Shown here: positions 19,308-26,670 of the stretch, piece by piece
How positions within the stretch are numbered: the stretch's first letter is position 1
How the letters are laid out: the number at the start of each line of letters is the position of its first letter
Assembly (NCBI GenBank): GCA_050115495.1
Contig: JASFQK010000003.1
Location: 32,001-96,000 of the forward strand
Direction of reading: 5' to 3'
Origin: Phycisphaerae bacterium
GTDB lineage: Bacteria > Planctomycetota > Phycisphaerae > UBA1845 > Fen-1342
DNA length: 64,000 bases
Notes under the pieces: generated by a model
Told to the model about the DNA's origin: nothing
Databases searched by the model: none
What the model saw: only the letters and a program-made list of their open reading frames with translations
Made by a program: the position numbers and the translations under genes

Positions 19308-20614
19308 GCCGGCACCTCGCTCTCGCCGACGGCAGGCCGCCGAACCAGTCGCAGGCGGTGCACCCGCCGCCGCTGGACGCTCGTGACGTGGAGCTCGACG
19401 TTGCCCAGTTCGACGACATCGCCGATCTGGGCCGGTCGGCCGAGCCGGGCGGTGACCAGTCCGCCGACGGTGGCCACGCGTTCGGTCTGGCGGGGCAGGC
19501 CGAAGGTCTGCGTCCAGTACCGCACGTCGAGCTGCCCGCTGATCTCGTACTCGCTCTCGGAGAGCTGATGGGTTTCGGGTTCGCCCAGCGCCTCTTCCGG
19601 ATCACTGATGTCGCCAACGATGGCTTCGAGCACGTCTTCGAGCGTGACCAAGCCGGCCATGCCGCCGAACTCGTCAACGGCGATGGCCAGTTGCGTGCGG
19701 GTCTCGCGGAAGTGTTGGAGTAGGTGCTCGCAGGTTGCCAGGTCGGGCACGAAGCGGACGGGCATCACGACCTCGCGCAGTGGCCGGTCAGCTTCGAGGA
19801 AGAGCATCTTCGCGTACACAAGGCCGACGACGTTGTCCATCGACCCTTCGTAGACGGGGACTTTCTTCAGACGCGTCTCGCGCATCAGGGCCCGCAGCCC
19901 CTCCGCCGGCTCGTCGATGTCGTAGGCCTCGACCTCAACTCGCGGTACCATCAGGTCGCGTACGCGCAGCGAGCCGAGGTCGACGATTTCGCGCAGGAAC
20001 CGGTCTTCGACGCGGTCGATCTCCCCTCGCCGCCGGCTCATTTGCAGCAGGGCCTTCAGCTCTTCCACCGAGACGTCGTGCCGTGGCGTTGGCCCCCTCG
20101 TTGGCCGGCCCAGCACGACCCGCCGGAACGGCTCGGCGATCAGCAGGTCGATGATCCGACCGAGCGGGCGGGCGACGTAGCCGACCGGTCCCACGAGCGC
20201 CGCCGCCAGCGGGGCCGCCCGCTCCGCGAAACGCACAGCGAGCACCTTCGGCACGACCTCGCCGAAGACCACCACGACCAGCACGCTCACCAGGCCGGCC
20301 ACCGGCGTCACCCACGGCGAGGAAGACGCTGCAAGCTGCCCAAAAAACACGTACGACACGGCGAACAGGGCCACGTTCACCGCCGTGTTCGCCAGGAGAA
20401 TGACCAGCAGTGTGTCGCGCGGGCGGCGCATCAGCCGGGCGGCACTTCGGCGGAACGGGTTGGCGCTGCCCGCCGCCTGTTCGAGCTGCGTCCGCGAGAG
20501 CGAAAACAGCACCGTTTCACTACCGGAAAAAGCCCCCGAGCAGACGAGCAGCCCCAGCATCAGGGCCAGATTCAGCCCCACGCCCAGCCAACTCAGATCG
20601 GTGATGGCGAGCAT
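19304..20614 (-). CDS. Hemolysin-family CNNM-CBS-CorC transporter
   Basis: SGAFSGSETVLFSL, FGEVVPK, MVPR, AIAVDEFGGMAGLVTLEDVLEAIVGDI, CorC_HlyC tail TVGG. Confidence 0.92.
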   Translation of the reverse strand: MLAITDLSWLGVGLNLALMLGLLVCSGAFSGSETVLFSLSRTQLEQAAGSANPFRRSAARLMRRPRDTLLVILLANTAVNVALFAVSYVFFGQLAASSSPWVTPVAGLVSVLVVVVFGEVVPKVLAVRFAERAAPLAAALVGPVGYVARPLGRIIDLLIAEPFRRVVLGRPTRGPTPRHDVSVEELKALLQMSRRRGEIDRVEDRFLREIVDLGSLRVRDLMVPRVEVEAYDIDEPAEGLRALMRETRLKKVPVYEGSMDNVVGLVYAKMLFLEADRPLREVVMPVRFVPDLATCEHLLQHFRETRTQLAIAVDEFGGMAGLVTLEDVLEAIVGDISDPEEALGEPETHQLSESEYEISGQLDVRYWTQTFGLPRQTERVATVGGLVTARLGRPAQIGDVVELGNVELHVTSVQRRRVHRLRLVRRPAVGESEVPA

Positions 20615-20659
20615 CGCCCACTCTCGTCGCCCGCCGCCGGCACCGACGGAAGCGGCTCG

Positions 20660-21409
20660 CTACTTCACGAACAGGTCCTTCAGCCACTGCGTCGTCGTCT
20701 GCCGCCCGAGCTGCCCGATGGCCTCAGTCAGCGGGATGTCCTTCGGGCAGACCTTCACGCAGTTCTGCGCGTTGCCGCAGCCGGCGATGCCGCCCGGCTC
20801 CATCAGGGCCCGCAGCCGCTCCTCGGCGAAGTACTTGCCCGTCGGATGCGAGTTGTGCAGGCGGGCCTGCCCCAGCGGCGCCGGCCCGATGAAGTCCGAC
20901 GCCGGGTGGAACTGCGGGCACACTTCCATGCAGCAGCCGCAGGTCATGCACCGCGAGAACTGGTAGCGGACCGTCTGCTCGTTCGGCGAGATCCGCGGGG
21001 CGTGCTGGTGCGTGTCGTGCGACCCGTCCACCGGCACCCAGGCCTTCACCCGGATCAGGGCGTCGAACATCTTCTGCCGGTCCACCTGGAGATCGCGGAC
21101 CAGCGGGAACTTCGACAGCGGTTGCAGCACGATCGGCTGCGTCAGCTCGTCGATCAGGGCCGCGCAAGCCTGCCGCACCTCGCCGTTGACGATCATCGTG
21201 CAGGCCCCGCAGACCTCTTCCATGCAGTTCGAGTCCCACACGACCGGCGTGACCTTCTGGCCACTCGCGTTGACCGGGTGTTCCCGCAGGTACATCAGCG
21301 CCGAGACCACGTTATGCCCCGGCGCATAAGGCATGCGGAACTCCTCCCAGTACGGCTGCGTGTTGGGTTCGGCCTGCCGCTTGATCCTGAATTGTATCTC
21401 GTTGGCCAT
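20660..21409 (-). CDS. sdhB: Succinate dehydrogenase/fumarate reductase Fe-S subunit
   Basis: SNCMEEVCGACTM, CMTCGCCMEVCP, CGNAQNCVKVCP. Confidence 0.95.
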   Translation of the reverse strand: MANEIQFRIKRQAEPNTQPYWEEFRMPYAPGHNVVSALMYLREHPVNASGQKVTPVVWDSNCMEEVCGACTMIVNGEVRQACAALIDELTQPIVLQPLSKFPLVRDLQVDRQKMFDALIRVKAWVPVDGSHDTHQHAPRISPNEQTVRYQFSRCMTCGCCMEVCPQFHPASDFIGPAPLGQARLHNSHPTGKYFAEERLRALMEPGGIAGCGNAQNCVKVCPKDIPLTEAIGQLGRQTTTQWLKDLFVK

Positions 21410-21431
21410 GCCTGGCTTCCTCACGGCCCGC

Positions 21432-23315
21432 TTAGCGGTAATCCCGGGGTTTCTCCGGCGGGAGAACGGACACGTCCACCTGCTTGTACTCGATGACCGG
21501 CCCCTCCACCGTATGCGTGGCGATCGTGTGCTTGAGCCACTTCTCGTTGTTGGCCTTCCACTTCGCCTTGTAGTCGTCGTATTCCGGATCGCCCTCGAAC
21601 TTGCCTTCGGGGATCTTCAGCTCGAACTCGGCCTTGTAGTGCGAGCCGCGGCACTCGTCGCGCATCCGGGCACTGCGGGTGATGACCTCGGCCAGCACGA
21701 TCATGTCCTGCACCTGGCGAGCCCAGGACAGCGACTGGTTCGCCCAGCGCGTCTGGTCGTCCAGGGCCATCTTCTTCGAGCGGGCCTTGAACTCGCCCAG
21801 TGTCGTCAGGGCCTTGTCGAGGCCGGCGTTGTCGCGCTCGACGAAGACGCGGTCGCGCATCAGGTCGCCCGTCTCGCGGTGCAGGGCGAACGGGTTCTCG
21901 CCATTCGTCGCCGACATGATGCTCGCGTTGAGCTCTTCCTGCCGCTTGACCTCGCCGGTCATCTGGGCATCGGTCACGCCGTTGGTCGATTTCACGTTCT
22001 TGAGATAGGCCACGACCGATTCGCCGGCCACGCGCCCGCTGAACGAGCTGCTCAGCAGCGAGTTGGCCCCGAGGCGGTTGGCCCCGTGATAGGCGAAATC
22101 GCACTCGCCGCACGCGTAGAGCCCGGGGATGCTCGTGGCGTGGTTGCGCGGGCTGCCGGCGACCATGCCACCGGACCTGCTGTCGCGCTCGTAATCGACC
22201 CACAGGCCACCCATCGAGTAGTGCGTGGCGGGGAAGATGCGCATCGGCATGACGCACGGATCCTCACCGACGAACGTGCGGTACATTTCGAGGATGCCGC
22301 CGAGGCGGGCTTCGAGGAAGTCGCGCGGCTGGTGGGTCAGGTCAAGGTAAACCATGTCCTGCCCGTTGAGGCCGAGGCCCATGTGCCGCACGACGCGGCA
22401 GATGGCTCGCGAGGCGACGTCGCGCGGGACGGTGTTGCCGTACGCCGGGTACCACTCTTCGAGGAAGTAGAACCGATCGCTGTCGGGGATCTTCGTCGGG
22501 TCACGCGTATCGCCGGCCTTGCGCGGCACCCACACGCGGCCGCCTTCGCCGCGGCAGGCCTCGGACATCAGCCGGTTCTTGTCGTGTCCGGGAATACCGG
22601 TCGGGTGGAACTGGATGAACTCGGCGTTGGCGAACTTGGCGCCCTGCTGATAGACGCGTGAGGCCGGCGCGCCGGTCGAGTTGTTCGACATCGTGGACCG
22701 GCCGTACGTGAGCGCCAGACCGCCGGTGGCCAGGATGACCGCCGCCCCGCGGAACGCCTCGACCTTCATGGTCGTCAGGTTCATCGCCGTGATGCCGCGG
22801 CAGGTGCCGGCGTCATCGAGAATGAGCGAGAGGAAATCCCACCCCTCGTATTTCTTGACGGTACCCTTGGCCTCGTGGGCCCGGACCTGCTCGTCGACGG
22901 CGTAGAGCAGTTGCTGACCGGTCGTCGCGCCGGCGAAGCACGTCCGCCGGTTCTTCACGCCTCCGAACAGCCGCTGGTCCATGATGCCTTCGGGCGTGCG
23001 GCTGAAGGTGACGCCCATGCGGTCGAATGTGCGGATCAGGCCGGGGGCATCCTCGCACAGCGTCTTGATGGGGGGCTGGTCGGCGAGGTAGTCGCCGCCC
23101 TTGATCGTGTCGACGACGTGCTGCCAGACGGTGTCGTGCTGGCCCTTGACGTCGAGGACGGCGTTGATCCCGCCTTGGGCACAGCAGGAGTGCGACCGTT
23201 TGACCGGGAACAGCGAGAAGACGTCCACCGGGTAGCCGCTCTCGGCGATGCGCAGCGTCGCCCACAAGCCGCCCAGTCCACCGCCCACGACGATGACGCG
23301 AGGTTTGCTAGCCAT
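21432..23315 (-). CDS. sdhA: Succinate dehydrogenase flavoprotein subunit (Bacillus-type)
   Basis: VVGGGLGG, RSHSCCAQGGIN, IQFHPT, SEACRGEGG, HYSMGG, HGANRLGANSL. Confidence 0.96.
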   Translation of the reverse strand: MASKPRVIVVGGGLGGLWATLRIAESGYPVDVFSLFPVKRSHSCCAQGGINAVLDVKGQHDTVWQHVVDTIKGGDYLADQPPIKTLCEDAPGLIRTFDRMGVTFSRTPEGIMDQRLFGGVKNRRTCFAGATTGQQLLYAVDEQVRAHEAKGTVKKYEGWDFLSLILDDAGTCRGITAMNLTTMKVEAFRGAAVILATGGLALTYGRSTMSNNSTGAPASRVYQQGAKFANAEFIQFHPTGIPGHDKNRLMSEACRGEGGRVWVPRKAGDTRDPTKIPDSDRFYFLEEWYPAYGNTVPRDVASRAICRVVRHMGLGLNGQDMVYLDLTHQPRDFLEARLGGILEMYRTFVGEDPCVMPMRIFPATHYSMGGLWVDYERDSRSGGMVAGSPRNHATSIPGLYACGECDFAYHGANRLGANSLLSSSFSGRVAGESVVAYLKNVKSTNGVTDAQMTGEVKRQEELNASIMSATNGENPFALHRETGDLMRDRVFVERDNAGLDKALTTLGEFKARSKKMALDDQTRWANQSLSWARQVQDMIVLAEVITRSARMRDECRGSHYKAEFELKIPEGKFEGDPEYDDYKAKWKANNEKWLKHTIATHTVEGPVIEYKQVDVSVLPPEKPRDYR

Positions 23316-23464
23316 GGCACCCAGACTTTCCTGCTTTGCGGGCGGCGGCTCGCCGCCCCAGGTGATTCTGTGAGGGGATGATTATACGCGCCGGCGCCCA
23401 AGATGCACCGGGTCCACCCCGAACATCCGCCAGGGCACCGGTTACCTCCTGCAGCACCCCGCAT

Positions 23465-23723
23465 CCTAGTCCCGTAGGGACGGCTGATTGTAGCCCAGCA
23501 CGCAGTGCTGGGACTCGTGCCCGGCCCCCGTTGCCTAGTCCCGTAGGGACGACTGAGCCAATCGCCGCGCCATGGCCTCGCACACGCTCGTCACCTCACC
23601 GCGCGAAGACGTCCGACACGGAGGTCGGACGCTACGTCGCGGGCGTGGTGATTCGTTGGCGTTCGACGTCGGCCACGGGGGGCCGACGCTACGGAGACGT
23701 TCGGCACGGAGACCGCCCGCTAC
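23465..23723. repeat. Intergenic REP-like cluster
   Basis: CCTAGTCCCGTAGGGACG(G/A)CTGA twice (23465, 23534); three minus-strand GTAG-hairpin copies (23605-23635, 23663-23692, 23699-23723). Confidence 0.75.
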
Positions 23724-24472
23724 CCCCTCTGCAACCGCAACGGCAACTCCAGCCCGCTCGCCTGCAACCGCCCCGCGTCGGCGAGGATTTCGCGAGCCGG
23801 CCCGTCGGCAACCACCTGCCCGCCGGCGAGGAGCACCGCCCGCTCGCACAGCTCCCACGCTAGGTCGAGGTCGTGCGTTGCTACGACCTGCGTCCCCGAC
23901 AGCGACATCAGCAACTTCAACAGCCGCCGGCGATTCCGCGGGTCCAGCGCCGTACTCGGCTCATCCAGCACCAGCACGTCCGCGTCGTAGCTCAGCACCG
24001 TCGCCAGCGCCACCAGCCGCTTCTCGCCGGCGGAGAGCTTCTGCGGCGCCCGCCCCTCGAACCCCGTCAGCCCGACCGCCGCCAGCGCCTGCCGCACGCG
24101 CCGCCCGACCTCTTCGAGCGGCAGCCCCAGGTGCAGCGGCCCGAACGCCACATCCTCCAGCACCGACGGGCTGAAAAGCTGATCGTTCGCATCCTGAAAC
24201 ACATACCCGACCCGCCGCCGCACCTCGGCGAAATTGGCCGGCACGACCTCCCGCCCCATCACCCACAGCCGGCCGGCGGTCGGCGCCAGCAGCCCGTTGA
24301 GATGCCGCAGCAGCGTGCTCTTGCCGGCCCCGTTCGGCCCGACGAGCGCCACCCGCTGCCCGCACGGTACTTCGAGGTCAACGCCGCGCAGCGCGTCATT
24401 GCCGTCGGGATAGCGATGCTGCAAGCCCTCGATCCGCAGGGCGATGCCGTTCTGCGCAGGTGCGTCGCTCAT
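23720..24472 (-). CDS. cbiO: ECF Ni/Co transporter ATPase (CbiO/NikO)
   Basis: GPNGAGKST, VFQDANDQLF, EDVAFGP, LSAGEKR, LDEP. Confidence 0.9.
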   Translation of the reverse strand: MSDAPAQNGIALRIEGLQHRYPDGNDALRGVDLEVPCGQRVALVGPNGAGKSTLLRHLNGLLAPTAGRLWVMGREVVPANFAEVRRRVGYVFQDANDQLFSPSVLEDVAFGPLHLGLPLEEVGRRVRQALAAVGLTGFEGRAPQKLSAGEKRLVALATVLSYDADVLVLDEPSTALDPRNRRRLLKLLMSLSGTQVVATHDLDLAWELCERAVLLAGGQVVADGPAREILADAGRLQASGLELPLRLQRG

Positions 24473-25236
24473 GGCCGTCCCCCGAGCATGATTCGCAACG
24501 CCACGACCACCGCCACGAAGATGAATCCGGCGACGATGTCGGTCCGGTGCAGGTGACTGTGCTGATACCGCCGGAGTTCACCCGTGTAGCCGCGGGCGAC
24601 CATGGCGTCGGCGACGCGTTCCGCCCGGTCATGCGCCCGGATGAAGAGCGTGCCCAGCACGTTTGCCCCCGACCGCAACGGCCCCGGTCCGCCGCGACCG
24701 AGCGTGCGAGCCGCCCGGGCATCGGTCAGCCGGTGCAACTCCGGCCGCAACACTTCGAGGTAGCGCAGCATGAACGCCAGCACGCCCACCATGACGGCGG
24801 GCAGCCCAACGCCGCGCAGCCCCACCAATAGCGCCTCATGCCCCGTGCTTGCCCACACGAGTGCGACGCCGCCAACGCACAAGATTGCCGCCGATCCGAC
24901 GCGTGCCGCCGTATACAGCCCCTCTCGGCTCACGCTGAGAATGCCCCAGCGCCACGCCACGTGCCCCTCCTTGCATAGTGGCAGCAGCAGGCACAGGACG
25001 ACGATCGCCGGCAGGGCAGGGGCGAGCCGTTTGAGAAATCCCCCGACCAGGTGATGGTTGGCGATGAGCAGGGCGGCGAGCAGGGCGGCATACGCCCCGA
25101 CCAGCACGAACGCTCCCGCCGGCACCGTCACCACGCAACCCGCCCAAACCGCCAGGCAGACCAGCTTTGCCCGCGTATCGAGCGCTTCGAGCAGCGCCGG
25201 CGGCGTTCCCGTCAGAATCAGCGGCTTCTCGTGCAA
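24469..25236 (-). CDS. cbiQ: ECF T component (CbiQ/NikQ)
   Basis: LDTRAKL, FMLRYL, ARAAR, RAERVADAMVARGY; TTG start after GGAG. Confidence 0.88.
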   Translation of the reverse strand: MHEKPLILTGTPPALLEALDTRAKLVCLAVWAGCVVTVPAGAFVLVGAYAALLAALLIANHHLVGGFLKRLAPALPAIVVLCLLLPLCKEGHVAWRWGILSVSREGLYTAARVGSAAILCVGGVALVWASTGHEALLVGLRGVGLPAVMVGVLAFMLRYLEVLRPELHRLTDARAARTLGRGGPGPLRSGANVLGTLFIRAHDRAERVADAMVARGYTGELRRYQHSHLHRTDIVAGFIFVAVVVALRIMLGGRP

Positions 25237-25302
25237 GGCTGACTCTCCAGGCGACAGCCGGCGGTGGTCTCTCTTACGCTCCGCTGGCGGCTATTGGCGG
25301 TC

Positions 25303-26610
25303 TCAGTCGCCGTCGCTCGCGTTCTGCGCGGCCACGACCCGCGCCAGCCGACTCGGCCGCATCAATCCCCACCCGACCGCCGACGACGCCAGGAACATGA
25401 CGACCGTGCCGATCGCGCCGGCCAAACTCGTGCTGAGCAGCCCCTCCACGCCGGGAACGGTGTAGTCCGGCAGCAGGGCGACGAGCGGCTCGTGTGCGCC
25501 GGCGTCGGGGGCCACGGCCGCGTTGACCGACAGCTCCATTGGCGCCGAATCACGCCGAATGGCGACGTCGATCGCGGTTTGCTTCTCGCTGTCGTGAGAA
25601 TTCAACGCTTCCTCGGCGGAGGTCAGGTCGGTCACCGGAACGCCGCCGATGCGCTCGACGACATCGCCCTGTTTCAACGGCGACGCCAGCGACCCGTACG
25701 CGTGCGCGACGGTCACCCGCCCGTCCTGTGTCTCCAGCCGAACACCCAGGGCGTATGCCGGCAACGTCAGCAACCCGCCGGCGTCGTCGTGCTCCGCCTC
25801 TTCGACGATGAAGCCCTTCTCCATGCCGACGTATTCGAGCCCATCCGGGTAGTCCCACAGCGTCGGCAGCAGCGACAGGAACAGCGCGACAACCAGCGAC
25901 GCCGCCAACCCGCACACGACAACCGCCCGTCCCACCGGCCGCGGCGCGGCCACGCCGGTCCTGAATCCGTACAGCAGCTCCGGCCGCGTCTTCAGCACGA
26001 AAGCCACGACGCTCGCCGTAATGAGCGCCTCGCCGACGCCGATGAACATGTGCGTACCGACCATCGCCGGCAGGGCCCGATCGAGGCCGACCGTCCCGGA
26101 GACGGCCAGTTGCAGGCTGGCGAAAATGCTGGCCAACACGACCGAGATCCAGGCCGCGAAGTAGCTGCCGGCGACGATTCGGCGGGGTTCCATGGCCGTT
26201 TTGCCGAGCACCGCCCGGTACACGAAGTACCCGCCGCACGTCCCGATCACCCCCATGTTGAAGATGTTCGGACCGAGGACGGTGAGCCCGCCGTCACCGA
26301 GCAGCGCCTGAAAGAAGACGACCGCCGCCATGACGACCGTGCCGGCCCACGGACCCAGCAGCACCGCCGCCAGCGTCCCGCCGAGCAAATGCCCGGTCGT
26401 GCCCGAGGCGATCGGGAAATTGACCATCTGACCGGCGAAGATGAACGCGGCCATGATGCCCATCATCGGTACCAGGCGGTGGTCGCCCCGCCGCGACAGC
26501 GACACCATCGCCCCCGCCAGCAATAGAGCGACGGCGATCGCAAAGACAATGTTGACCGGCATGCTGAACAGCCCGTCAGGGGCGTGCATGCCCAGAATCA
26601 GCCCCGGCAT
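25303..26610 (-). CDS. Fused ECF S component CbiM/NikM + NikN (PDGLE) with inserted PDZ-like domain
   Basis: MHAPDG, AAFIFAGQMVNFP, GHLLGG, DGGLTVLGPNIFNMG, PDGLE...LLPDY; start may be 26589, 26610 or 26613. Confidence 0.88.
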   Translation of the reverse strand: MPGLILGMHAPDGLFSMPVNIVFAIAVALLLAGAMVSLSRRGDHRLVPMMGIMAAFIFAGQMVNFPIASGTTGHLLGGTLAAVLLGPWAGTVVMAAVVFFQALLGDGGLTVLGPNIFNMGVIGTCGGYFVYRAVLGKTAMEPRRIVAGSYFAAWISVVLASIFASLQLAVSGTVGLDRALPAMVGTHMFIGVGEALITASVVAFVLKTRPELLYGFRTGVAAPRPVGRAVVVCGLAASLVVALFLSLLPTLWDYPDGLEYVGMEKGFIVEEAEHDDAGGLLTLPAYALGVRLETQDGRVTVAHAYGSLASPLKQGDVVERIGGVPVTDLTSAEEALNSHDSEKQTAIDVAIRRDSAPMELSVNAAVAPDAGAHEPLVALLPDYTVPGVEGLLSTSLAGAIGTVVMFLASSAVGWGLMRPSRLARVVAAQNASDGD

Positions 26611-26670
26611 CACTACTCCTCCCGCCGAGCGGGCTTTCGCCTGTTCGTTCCCGCTCGGCCGCGGCGGCGA

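Noticed and set aside
23465..23556. Possible mini-CRISPR (23-bp repeats, 46-bp spacer)
   Set aside because: There are only two repeats, the spacer is itself palindromic, and no cas genes or leader are present.
26611..26670. Cobalamin or NiCo riboswitch before cbiM/nikM
   Set aside because: The gap is only ~60 bp and no B12-box motif is visible.
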